64,000 bases of DNA from a virus (taxonomy: Duplodnaviria; Caudoviricetes), in IMG/VR virus record IMGVR_UViG_2724679462_000002, positions 32,001 through 96,000 of that record. One strand, written 5' to 3'. The notes under the pieces were generated by a model. That model did no database searches. It had not been told where the DNA came from and worked only from the letters and a program-made list of their open reading frames with translations. Below, piece after piece: positions 50,921-59,767 of the stretch (its first letter is position 1; each line of letters begins with the position of its first letter). Both the position numbers and the translations under genes were made by a program.

Positions 50921-51679
50921 ATGGGTAACAACTACATCCGCTTCGGTTTCACGGCGCTCAACGGCACGAACAAGGCTGGCGATCTGCGACCGGACGAAGA
51001 CGGCTACTACGAGGTGGTGCTGGGTGGGCTGGATGTGTATAACTCCGCCGACCAGTTCTATCCGTACGAGCCCGCTAAGGAACTCTTCACCAGCTCCAGC
51101 CAGCTGATGCGACGCGTAGCCAACGGCGCGTTGCGCGGCGAATACGGGCATCCCAAGATGGTGCCGGGCCAGAGCTACGACTCGTACGCTCAGCGCATCC
51201 TGTCGATCTACGAAGGCGACGTGTCCCACCACATCAGGGAGATCACGCTGGACTTCGACCGCATCCGCGATCCGCAAGGCCGCAAGTGCATCGCGATCGT
51301 CGGTAAAGTTTGCCCGAGTGGTCCGAAGGGTGACGCGCTGCGTCGCTCGCTCGAGAACAAGAACGAGAACGTCTGCTTCTCGATCCGTGCCTTCACGCGC
51401 GACGATCAGGTCGGTCGCACGACGCACCGCGTGCTCAAGAATATCGTGACGTGGGACTACGTGAACGAGCCGGGCATTGCGATCGCCAACAAGTTCAAGT
51501 CGCCGGCGCTCGAGGAGATCGCCGAATCGATGTTCTCGCGTCGCCATCTGGAAGGTGCGCAGCGGGCGTCCGCACAAGGTATCGCTCAAGAATCGGTTCG
51601 CCTCAACGTTCAAGAGCTGTTCCAAGCTTGCGGATGGGCGTCGGACAACGGTAACAAGCCCGCCTACCTGAACTGGTAA
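50921..51679 (+). CDS. Prohead maturation serine protease (phiKZ gp175-like)
   Basis: GEYGHP, VSHHI, PSGPKG, FSIR, TWDYVNEPGI. Confidence 0.9.
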   Translation: MGNNYIRFGFTALNGTNKAGDLRPDEDGYYEVVLGGLDVYNSADQFYPYEPAKELFTSSSQLMRRVANGALRGEYGHPKMVPGQSYDSYAQRILSIYEGDVSHHIREITLDFDRIRDPQGRKCIAIVGKVCPSGPKGDALRRSLENKNENVCFSIRAFTRDDQVGRTTHRVLKNIVTWDYVNEPGIAIANKFKSPALEEIAESMFSRRHLEGAQRASAQGIAQESVRLNVQELFQACGWASDNGNKPAYLNW

Positions 51680-51690
51680 GGAACTAACCG

Positions 51691-51780
51691 ATGTGTCCCT
51701 GATGCGGAAGTTTCATGCTCGCGGAGCATGAGGGCGGCTGGTGGTGCTGCATGAACTGCGGCAACAACTGGAAGGAATAG
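51691..51780 (+). other. Zinc-ribbon micro-ORF with in-frame TGA at codon 4 (MCP*CGSFMLAEHEGGWWCCMNCGNNWKE)
   Basis: TAAGGA RBS; CPxCGS...CxxCG pattern across the TGA; ends at TAG just before a family hairpin. Confidence 0.6.
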
Positions 51781-51782
51781 TC

Positions 51783-51828
51783 GACGTACATACGCCAGCA
51801 GGGGTGACCTGCTGGCGCTTATGCCGTC
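51783..51828 (+). repeat. GGCATAA/TTATGCC hairpin, copy 8
   Basis: GACGTACATACGCCAGCAGG-GGTGA-CCTGCTGGCGCTTATGCCGTC. Confidence 0.75.
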
Positions 51829-51856
51829 TGCTTACCTGATTGAAACCGAAAACAAA

Positions 51857-51875
51857 CACATATCACTAACTTGAA
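51857..51875 (+). promoter_or_regulatory. Putative early (vRNAP) promoter
   Basis: CACATATCACTAACTTGAA matching the motif at 29012. Confidence 0.5.
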
Positions 51876-51968
51876 CCTGGAACCCCAGAGTTCTAAAGGA
51901 ATCTGGGGAATTTTTACGTCGGTAACCCCTTGTTATGGCTAGAACCAAACCGGAAATCAATTAGCTCT

Positions 51969-52502
51969 ATGAACATGGAAAACCGCGATGAGATTCGCCT
52001 GCAATTCAAAGGCGAAGAGTATCTCGTGAAAACGCTCATTGGCCTGATGCGTCAGGCTCCCGTAATTGAAGTCAAACCCGAAGATCTGAATCCGATCGAT
52101 CCGACAGGTGCCGACTCCCAGAATTTCGGTGTATGCTACGCGCCTGCTGCACCGGAGCTGCAATACGGGGAAATCGCCTTCTTCAAGCAGGAAGGCAAGT
52201 ACACGGTTTTGCTTGGCAAGAGTTCCGTGCAGAAGGCGTTCGAGCAAGGCGCTGCTACCGTCAAGGGCCGCCTCATCTCCTCGCCAGGGCTGAAGAAGAT
52301 TCGGATCATTACCAGCTCTCCCTCTGAAGTGGTTGTGCCATCCACGCAACAGATCCGCAGTTCGGAGTATTTCCAGCGCGACAACAGCAACAGACCCTAT
52401 CGGAGCGAACGCCCGCCTCGGGAAGGCGCGCGGCCGTACTCCAATCGTTACAACCCGAATTCAAACGGCGCCGGCACGCGGAGGGACTTTCACAAGTCGT
52501 AA
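51969..52502 (+). CDS. Hypothetical protein with Arg/Asn-rich disordered tail
   Basis: Clean ORF; exact start uncertain (51969 or 51975). Confidence 0.65.
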   Translation: MNMENRDEIRLQFKGEEYLVKTLIGLMRQAPVIEVKPEDLNPIDPTGADSQNFGVCYAPAAPELQYGEIAFFKQEGKYTVLLGKSSVQKAFEQGAATVKGRLISSPGLKKIRIITSSPSEVVVPSTQQIRSSEYFQRDNSNRPYRSERPPREGARPYSNRYNPNSNGAGTRRDFHKS

Positions 52503-52596
52503 TGGCTCGCCGCCTGTAATTCGCCTCCTAAAACCATCGCCCCGATACCCGGGGCCATAAGCATTATCACAAACGTAAAATAAGGAATCTGTAATC

Positions 52597-53121
52597 ATGA
52601 CCACGACCACCGACATCAAGTTCAAGCCGACCACGACGGAACTGTCCGCCGAGATCAAGAAGGAAATGAAGCTCGACCCGAAGACCGGCGTCGGTACCGT
52701 GACGGAAAACTGGTACGTCGACAACCTCGGTCGCGCGGTGCCGGAAGACATCAAGGCGAAGTACCCGGGCATCGAGGCCGACGTGGTACCGATCATCAAG
52801 GGCGTGCAGGATCACAACACGATGGTCGCGGCCGCCGCGGGCCTCGCGTTCGGCCAGCTCTCCGAGCACGTGCTGAAGAGCAACAAGGAAATCGAGCGCA
52901 CCACGCTCGACCTGCCGACGATCGGCAAGGACGGCTTCGACTTCACGTACGACAAGACGCGCCAAGTTCCGGACCGCACGGCAGACGGCACGGTCGGCAC
53001 GAAGACGGTTCACGGCTCGCTGCGCGTTGGCTATCGCACCTACGGCACGAAGAGCCGCGGCGAACTCATGAAGGTCAAGGAGCAGCTCGCGATCGACGCT
53101 GCGAAGGTGTTCGGCAGCTAA
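52597..53121 (+). CDS. Hypothetical protein, probably highly expressed (174 aa)
   Basis: TAAGGA RBS, strong C/G third-position bias, own terminator. Confidence 0.8.
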   Translation: MTTTTDIKFKPTTTELSAEIKKEMKLDPKTGVGTVTENWYVDNLGRAVPEDIKAKYPGIEADVVPIIKGVQDHNTMVAAAAGLAFGQLSEHVLKSNKEIERTTLDLPTIGKDGFDFTYDKTRQVPDRTADGTVGTKTVHGSLRVGYRTYGTKSRGELMKVKEQLAIDAAKVFGS

Positions 53122-53151
53122 GCACTCTCAGCGGTATCGTTTCGAAGACGA

Positions 53152-53186
53152 GAAAACCCCTGCCTTCGGGCGGGGGTTTTTTATTT
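53152..53186 (+). terminator. Rho-independent terminator
   Basis: AAAACCCCTGCC-TTCG-GGCGGGGGTTTTTTATTT. Confidence 0.85.
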
Positions 53187-53214
53187 CCCCTTCTTTTGTT
53201 ACTGCGAAGACGGC

Positions 53215-54432
53215 ATGACTGAACAGCAAGACAAGGCATACGTCTACATCTTCCACAACCCTGAGACAGGCGATGTCAACGTAGGGAGTACAAAAGACGA
53301 AAAGTACCGCCAACGCAAACACCTTTCTGCGTTGAGAGGCGCTCGACACAGCAACTACAAATTTCAAAGATGCTACGCCAGGAAACCAAACTTCGAATTT
53401 GTGTCAATGGAAGTACCCGATCGGGATACCGCCCTCGCGCTCGAGCAATCGATCATTGACGAGTTTTACGGCTCACCATCCTTCTTGAACATTTCGAAAG
53501 ACGCGGCTTACTGCAACGTGTGGCAGTCCCCTGCTTCAATCGAACGAATGCGCAAGGCACTGACTGGGCGAAAACTATCTGCTGAACATATTGAGAAGTC
53601 GCGCCAAGGACTTCTTCGCCTCAACAGAAAGATGAGCGCGGAGCAGAAGGAACGCCTGCGGGAATGCTTCAAAGGCATTCCTTTGTCTGCAGCAACGAAA
53701 GCCAAGCTCTCTATAAGCGGCAAGGCTCGATTCGACGATCCGCTAGAACGGCTGAAAATCAGCGTAGGCCATCGCGGTAAGCTTCTAAGCGCGGAACATC
53801 GCGCGAAACTCAGTCTTGTTGCACGCGGTCGAAAAGACACGGACGCGAAGAGGCTGAACATGCGACGCGGTAACGCATATCGATCAAAAAGCGTTCTAAT
53901 CGACGGTACAACATACCGGACCTTAGCCGAAGCGGCGGAGGCACTCGGAGTGCACAAGACCACAATTACCAACCGTATCAAGGCCGGCCTGTACCAGGGG
54001 GCAGAACAACAGGATTCATCGATGCACCGCAAGATGACGATCTGGACAATACAGCTGTCCAAGTGGCGATTAGCACGAGAACTCGGCATTCATCTCATCG
54101 ACTGTACCGCTCGCTCGGGCATTTCCGCGTTTGCCCCACTCTTCGACGACGTCATGGCGTACAAGCGCGGCGTGCTCAGTGAGGAGCAATACACCAAACG
54201 TTACCTCGCACGGATGCGTCACTCGCGACGGGAACAATCCAAGGAATGGGAACGCGTCAAAACCCTGCCGGAAAGGATCGCCCTCGCGTGCTATTGCAAG
54301 GCCGGGGTCTTCTGCCATCGCCATCTCTTCCGAGACTTGCTCAGCGACTATCTCAAGGACGCCCAGTTCGAGGTGAAGTGCGCGGGCGAGCTCATCTCCT
54401 CGATCCCTCCACACGTAAAAGCAGAAGCATGA
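53215..54432 (+). CDS. GIY-YIG/NUMOD3 endonuclease copy 3 fused in frame to a DUF488-like domain
   Basis: YVYIFHNPETGDVNVGST...R...H...EQ...LN; KLSAEH repeats; VLIDGTTYRTLAEAAEALG; then FAP...Y...LACYCKAGVFCHRHL. Confidence 0.82.
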   Translation: MTEQQDKAYVYIFHNPETGDVNVGSTKDEKYRQRKHLSALRGARHSNYKFQRCYARKPNFEFVSMEVPDRDTALALEQSIIDEFYGSPSFLNISKDAAYCNVWQSPASIERMRKALTGRKLSAEHIEKSRQGLLRLNRKMSAEQKERLRECFKGIPLSAATKAKLSISGKARFDDPLERLKISVGHRGKLLSAEHRAKLSLVARGRKDTDAKRLNMRRGNAYRSKSVLIDGTTYRTLAEAAEALGVHKTTITNRIKAGLYQGAEQQDSSMHRKMTIWTIQLSKWRLARELGIHLIDCTARSGISAFAPLFDDVMAYKRGVLSEEQYTKRYLARMRHSRREQSKEWERVKTLPERIALACYCKAGVFCHRHLFRDLLSDYLKDAQFEVKCAGELISSIPPHVKAEA

Positions 54433-54704
54433 ATACGCTGGCAATCTTCGCAGGCTTCGCCCTCTTTCTTCCCTTCTATTTCTTAGTCGGGCTTTTCTGG
54501 CTCCGGTGCAATCCCGAAGTCGTTCGCATCATTCGGCGCACGGCCGGGAGCGACCTGGTGTTCACCATTTCCTCGCTTGTCTTGGCGATCCTGTGGCCGG
54601 TCTGGTCAATCTACATCGGCATGGCGTACATTCGCGGTATGCTGCGAATCATTCGTGAACAACGCGCGGTGAAGCACGATGAGTCACGTCCCGACGCCAC
54701 TTGA
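54429..54704 (+). CDS. Small two-TM membrane protein
   Basis: ATGA overlap; two hydrophobic segments, ILWP motif. Confidence 0.65.
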   Translation: MNTLAIFAGFALFLPFYFLVGLFWLRCNPEVVRIIRRTAGSDLVFTISSLVLAILWPVWSIYIGMAYIRGMLRIIREQRAVKHDESRPDAT

Positions 54705-54731
54705 GCACGCTGACTTTTTTAAGGAGCGCAC

Positions 54732-54956
54732 ATGAACGGTTTCATTCTCATCCTCTCGGTCGTCTGGCAGTTTACGCAAGGCGGACCTACCGGCGGGGCG
54801 GCCGCCAACTACACGACCGCGACGTTTGCTGACGAGTCTGCGTGCAAGAAAGCCGGCGAAGCGGCACGGGCGATGGTCTATAGAGAGTTTGCACGCGGGG
54901 CCAAGACCCCTCATGTAAATTTCATTTGCGTTCCCCAAGTGAGCAAATCCGAATGA
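54732..54956 (+). CDS. Small exported-type protein with two Cys (74 aa)
   Basis: AAGGAG RBS; hydrophobic N-terminus, FxxxxACxxAG...CVP pattern. Confidence 0.7.
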   Translation: MNGFILILSVVWQFTQGGPTGGAAANYTTATFADESACKKAGEAARAMVYREFARGAKTPHVNFICVPQVSKSE

Positions 54957-55339
54957 CCATACGCGTGGAAGGACAAATCGTTCCGACGTTGCCCGGACAA
55001 ACCGCCCTGCTCTTGAAGTTGGACACGCAGCGCGGGATGACTGTCAACCAATCAGCTCTCCAGCGCGCACAAGGTCTACTGTCACGCCTGCCCGCTGTCA
55101 TGATGAGCGGTGAAATCAGTCCGAACGTGGATGGATCGCTCGCGATGCAATGGGTGCGAAAAGACGACAAGCTCGATGTCGATTTGCGACTGAAGTGCTT
55201 GCCCTTCGGAGGCGTTCAATACGCGTACATCGTCGAGGGATCGGATGGCGGTCAAGCTGGAGGCATCCTGAAGCCCCACCAGTCCGACGACGAGGTTATC
55301 TGGATCGTGAGACATGTCGTTGCGATGCTGACGCCTTAG
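54953..55339 (+). CDS. Hypothetical protein (128 aa)
   Basis: ATGA overlap; ISPNVDGSLAMQW. Confidence 0.65.
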   Translation: MTIRVEGQIVPTLPGQTALLLKLDTQRGMTVNQSALQRAQGLLSRLPAVMMSGEISPNVDGSLAMQWVRKDDKLDVDLRLKCLPFGGVQYAYIVEGSDGGQAGGILKPHQSDDEVIWIVRHVVAMLTP

Positions 55340-55372
55340 CCCCGCCCGGCCAACCCCTACGCCGCCGAACTA

Positions 55373-55420
55373 ACGGCATAAAAGCCCAAGCCTCCTTGCG
55401 GGGGCTTGGGCCTTATGACG
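55373..55420. repeat. GGCATAA/TTATGCC hairpin, copy 9
   Basis: ACGGCATAAAAGCCCAAGCCTCC-TTGC-GGGGGCTTGGGCCTTATGACG between convergent genes. Confidence 0.75.
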
Positions 55421-55457
55421 GTCCTTATTTTTTTGGCTGGAAACAGCCAAAATGACC

Positions 55458-56432
55458 TTAGGCGAGGATCGTGTCGCTCGGAACGGCCGAGACCGAGTCC
55501 TGAGCCGAGATCACCATATCCGCCGAGATGCTGATGCCGGTGCCGATCGCCGAGGTCGGGCTGACCTGGTTGACCGCGATCTGCGCGACTTCGTTCTGGT
55601 AGCCGGTCGTCGTTGCTGCGACGTTCGGATCGATCTGCTGAGCGAAGGCGTTCTCGGTGTACGGGTTCGCGTTTGCGATGCTGATCGACGTGAGCAGCTG
55701 CTGCGCGAATGCGTCGACGCCCAGTCCGTACTGGGCGATACCCGCGTACGTGATGTTGAGGTCGAGCTTGTCGCCCTGCGCCGTGATGTCACGCGAGCCA
55801 ACGATGTCGCCCGTCGAGAGGGGGAACATGTTCGTCACGAGCCACGACTTCACGACACGGGTGTGCGTCGGATCCGGTTCGATGAAGATCATCGTGGCCG
55901 AATACATGTCAGCCAGCATGTCAGGCGGCGGACCGTACGTCGAGCCCGAACCGAGCGTCGCAACGTTCGCGAACTTCGTGTCCGGGTCCATCAGCAGGTT
56001 CGTGATCCAGCCTTGGTGGAACATCGAGACGGGCATGCCGTACTTTTCGTTCCACGTGAACTGCGGCTGCGAACGTTCGCGTGTAACGTTCACGACGTCC
56101 TGCTGCATGTTCCCGCCACCGCCGACCGGCGTTTCTGCCGTTTCGACCGTGAGGTGTGCGTTCAGACCTTCGATGCGAATCGCGTGCAGCTCAACCAACG
56201 CCCGCAGCGTGCCGACCCAAACGTCCGGGTTGGGCAGATACTGGAAGCCAAGCGGCGCTTCGATCAGCAAGCAGATCAGGTTCTTACGAATGTACTGCTG
56301 GTTGTTCACCCACTGCGTGTAGTTCGGGGTGAAGCCCATCTGACCGCCATACTGGAGGTCCACCATGGGGTTGTTGTGACCCTGCGCGAACGCTGTCGTG
56401 TTCTGCAGAATCGCGTTTGCGATACGACCCAT
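55458..56432 (-). CDS. Tail tube protein (phiKZ gp30-like)
   Basis: GGQMG, EKYG, LMDPDTK, FIEPDPT, WLVTNMFP; directly after the sheath gene. Confidence 0.8.
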   Translation of the reverse strand: MGRIANAILQNTTAFAQGHNNPMVDLQYGGQMGFTPNYTQWVNNQQYIRKNLICLLIEAPLGFQYLPNPDVWVGTLRALVELHAIRIEGLNAHLTVETAETPVGGGGNMQQDVVNVTRERSQPQFTWNEKYGMPVSMFHQGWITNLLMDPDTKFANVATLGSGSTYGPPPDMLADMYSATMIFIEPDPTHTRVVKSWLVTNMFPLSTGDIVGSRDITAQGDKLDLNITYAGIAQYGLGVDAFAQQLLTSISIANANPYTENAFAQQIDPNVAATTTGYQNEVAQIAVNQVSPTSAIGTGISISADMVISAQDSVSAVPSDTILA

Positions 56433-56495
56433 GTTTCATTCTCCTGAAGGCCAGCCGGACCCACGCTCACGCGGAACCGGTCATGGCATGGGTGG

Positions 56496-58598
56496 TTAGT
56501 TGCTCGACGAGAGGGCGTCCAGGCGGTAACTCTGAATGGCCAAAGTCCCGACTGTCCTTAGGTTCGGCGCGTAGATTGCGATCACCAGCGTCCAGCTGTA
56601 GCCACGTTGCGCATCGGCGCCCGTGATGGTCGTCGTCGGGACGATCGTGAAGCGGTTGTCGAAGATGCCCGACACGCGGTCCGTCACGTACTTGTTGATG
56701 TCCTTGATGAGCTGGGCGCTCGTGCGCTTCGTGTCACCGGAGAACGTACGACGAGCCTTGTCACCGATCTTCTCGAGCTGGCAAATCGCCATCGCGTTGA
56801 AGAACGAGTTCAGCACCGACGTGTCGTTGTCGTAGATCGTCTTCAGCGCCGGGAAGTAGGCCTTCCGACGCTCAAACGCCTCGACACCCACCATGCCGTT
56901 GGTCCAGTCGACGTTGCGGACCTTCGCCGGCCAGAACACGCAGTTCAGATCCGAGAACAGGTCGATTTCCGAACCCGGCGTCGTATCGAACGCGTTGCCC
57001 GACTTCCACTTGCCGTTGCTCGCGCCCATGTACCCCGCTGCCTTCGAGGCCAGTTCGATCGTGAGCGGAAGCGGCTTCGTGTACTGGCTGCCCGTGAGCG
57101 TGCCCGAGCCTGGTACGATCATGCCGCGCATGGTCGGCGTGCCGAAGTAATCCGATTCCGGGAACTGCTGGAGGTACGCCTTCAGCGCGATCGCCATGGA
57201 CGACTCTTCTTCCGCGGTGAGCGGGGGCGAGAGGGTCGAGAACGTCGACAGGGCGACGAACGTGTCCTTGCGCTGCGAGATGAACTGCGCGATCGCCTTC
57301 TTCGCGGTCAGGGGGTAGCCCGAGTCCCAGAAGATCGATTCCGGTGCCAAGACCATGTCCTGAACCGGGTTCGTCAGATCCGAGTAGATCGACATGAAGT
57401 CCGACACGAGGCCTGCGAAGAGGGTGTCGTTCATCGTGCCGTCCGAACCGCCAGCGGCCCAGAGGGTCGTCGATTCGCCCAGGTAGGCTGCATCCGTGCC
57501 TTCGGAGTCGATCTGGAACGTCGAGTACGGAGCGCCCTGCGAGGACACGCCGCTCACGAAGTTGAAGAGCCACTCTTCGCCGTCAGCGCCGGTGAAGTCA
57601 GAGAACTGGTTGATCGCCGGAGTTTCCGCGGCATAGAACTCGCCGACCAGCTCCGCGACATTGCTGTCGTAGACGTGCAGCTTGCCGAACGTGCCGAAGA
57701 TGTCAGCCACGCCGCTCGGGTCGTTCAGGCTCTGGTACGACGAGATGAAGATGTCCTGGATCGAGATCTGGTTGTCCAGCGCCACGTTGATCGTGTTCGG
57801 CTTGAACGTCACTTCCAAGGACTGCGAGCCAGCGATCGACGCTGCAACCTTGCCCGTCGCGTTGGACGCACTGCGCTGCACGCAGGCGACACGGAAAGGG
57901 TAGACGAGGTCGTCTTCGATGAAGTTCGGATTGGCCGGCGTGCTGGAGTTCACGGTCGGTGCCCAGAGACGCAGGCCACAGTTGTTGCCGTACTCGCCGA
58001 AGCTCGACACTTGCAGGTCGAGGATCGGGAAGCGGGTCGAGGTGGTCGACGTGCCAGACGTTTGGTCACCTGCCATCTGGGTCGCGGTGCCGAAGTCGCT
58101 TGCGCCGTTGGTGTAGCTGACTTCCGAGAGCACCCACTTTGCGACGAAGCCGGGCATCGTTGCGCCGTTGCCGGTTACGGCGACCTTCGCCCCGTTCGTG
58201 TCCGTCTTGAACGAGCCATCGGTGTTGCGTTCGTATTGCTGGATGTCCGTCGCCAGCACGTCCAGCCACAGACGCAGCGACGCCGGGGGATTCGCATCCG
58301 CCGGTTGCATCCGTCGCACCTGGATGGCGTTGCCTTGTCCGTTCACCGTGCTCGCGAGCACGGTTGCGTGGTTTGCCCACTTCTTGCGCAGATCGAAAGA
58401 GTCCGCGCCGTAGATGGTTTGCAGGTCCGCCCCGGACACCAGCTCGGTCGTCAATGGGCCCTTCTGCGTGTACAGCGGGATCAGCGGGAGGTGCTGCGGG
58501 ATCTGCTCCGGCGTCGGTGTGACCTGCTGGGTACTCAGATCCTGAGTGCCCTGCATGATGGTCATCGGAGCGCCATTGACAATCTGTGCCGTTGTCAT
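56496..58598 (-). CDS. Tail sheath protein (phiKZ gp29-like)
   Basis: GTQDLS, PQHLP, IYGADSFD, GGSDG, WDSGY, FPALKTIYDNDTSVLNS, RGYSW. Confidence 0.88.
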   Translation of the reverse strand: MTTAQIVNGAPMTIMQGTQDLSTQQVTPTPEQIPQHLPLIPLYTQKGPLTTELVSGADLQTIYGADSFDLRKKWANHATVLASTVNGQGNAIQVRRMQPADANPPASLRLWLDVLATDIQQYERNTDGSFKTDTNGAKVAVTGNGATMPGFVAKWVLSEVSYTNGASDFGTATQMAGDQTSGTSTTSTRFPILDLQVSSFGEYGNNCGLRLWAPTVNSSTPANPNFIEDDLVYPFRVACVQRSASNATGKVAASIAGSQSLEVTFKPNTINVALDNQISIQDIFISSYQSLNDPSGVADIFGTFGKLHVYDSNVAELVGEFYAAETPAINQFSDFTGADGEEWLFNFVSGVSSQGAPYSTFQIDSEGTDAAYLGESTTLWAAGGSDGTMNDTLFAGLVSDFMSIYSDLTNPVQDMVLAPESIFWDSGYPLTAKKAIAQFISQRKDTFVALSTFSTLSPPLTAEEESSMAIALKAYLQQFPESDYFGTPTMRGMIVPGSGTLTGSQYTKPLPLTIELASKAAGYMGASNGKWKSGNAFDTTPGSEIDLFSDLNCVFWPAKVRNVDWTNGMVGVEAFERRKAYFPALKTIYDNDTSVLNSFFNAMAICQLEKIGDKARRTFSGDTKRTSAQLIKDINKYVTDRVSGIFDNRFTIVPTTTITGADAQRGYSWTLVIAIYAPNLRTVGTLAIQSYRLDALSSSN

Positions 58599-58785
58599 GG
58601 TTGAGTTCCTGTCAATAATGGTATGGGTTCGAAGACGATGCGCCGCATCATATTAATTCCGACGTTTCGCACTACTTAGGTGTATGACCCCGGCACACAG
58701 ACCCGGTGTGCAAGAAACGCACGAATTTCTTTAAGACATAGGATGCTGTCGGTGCCCCGACGGCATGACGCGACGAGGCTCTAAG

Positions 58786-59700
58786 ATGAAGCTCTTTTAC
58801 ACTGCATACGACACGACCGCGTGCAGCGGCTACGTGTTGGACAAGCTCGAGGCGAGCCTCAAAGCGGCGGTGATTCACCTGCAATATCACCGTGACAACG
58901 GCTCGAACATCATCGAGATTCAAGGCAACGGATCGGTGGCGGCAGCCGTGCCCGAGTTCCAGCACCCCTTCATGCTCGAGTTCGATGGCGAGAAACTCAT
59001 CTGCATCGACGCGCGCCCGTACGGCAGCTTCGATCGCCTGAAGGGAACATTCGTTGTTCGCAACACGATTGAGCATGCGCTGCTTCTACGTCGCGCTCAG
59101 CTGAACGATGTCTGGATCAACGAGGACTCGGCACTCTTGCGCGATGTCTCCCCGGTCGCGATGAACCTCTTCGCGAGCTGGGTGAGCGAGAACGTGGCAC
59201 GGCGCTTTGCGCTGGACCCGAAGGAACAGCTCAACCTCGCTATCCTCGCGGCGTTCCATTACCAGTCGCTCTTCACCGACGCGTCGTTCCTCGACGACAC
59301 GATGCGCATGAAGATGGCCACGCAGATCTCGCGCGGCATGCGCTGCTCAGCGGAAGACGTGCTCTCGGTGCTCGACGACCAATCGCGTCCCTGCCACAGC
59401 ATTGCTGACTTCTGCTCGTTCGCCGCCGGCGCGACCGGAAGCGTGCGCCTGCAAGCCTTCAATCCGGGCGTGCTGGTGAGCATCATCAAGGGAACGTGGT
59501 TCGGCGTCGGCGCAGCAGAAATGCTGGCTGTGGCGCTCGAGCATCCGCCCACCTGGCTAGCTCTTCTGATGGCCGCGCACGTGGAGCGCACCTACAAGAA
59601 TTCGGGCCTCGCCAAGCTCGTCGAGCGTCAGGCGCACAAGGAGCCGAACAAGCAGTTCCTGCGCGCTGTGCTCAACCTCACGCAACTGGCAACCGCCTAA
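58786..59700 (+). CDS. Virion structural protein (phiKZ gp28-like by synteny)
   Basis: TAYDTT, FQHP, IDARP, ALEHPPTW; divergent from the sheath gene. Confidence 0.7.
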   Translation: MKLFYTAYDTTACSGYVLDKLEASLKAAVIHLQYHRDNGSNIIEIQGNGSVAAAVPEFQHPFMLEFDGEKLICIDARPYGSFDRLKGTFVVRNTIEHALLLRRAQLNDVWINEDSALLRDVSPVAMNLFASWVSENVARRFALDPKEQLNLAILAAFHYQSLFTDASFLDDTMRMKMATQISRGMRCSAEDVLSVLDDQSRPCHSIADFCSFAAGATGSVRLQAFNPGVLVSIIKGTWFGVGAAEMLAVALEHPPTWLALLMAAHVERTYKNSGLAKLVERQAHKEPNKQFLRAVLNLTQLATA

Positions 59701-59767
59701 TTCCTCTCAAGACTCAAGACTCCTGGGGTGCTGTATGGCCCCAGGAGTATTCGCCATTGGGTGACTC

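Noticed and set aside
290-55420. CRISPR array or tRNAs formed by the hairpin repeats
   Set aside because: Copies are dispersed singly at gene ends, with no spacers and no cloverleaf
56607-58604. 665-aa plus-strand ORF and similar long antisense ORFs (48467-50110, 43824-45122, 62402-63910, 61064-62287)
   Set aside because: Each mirrors a well-supported gene on the other strand and has no motifs
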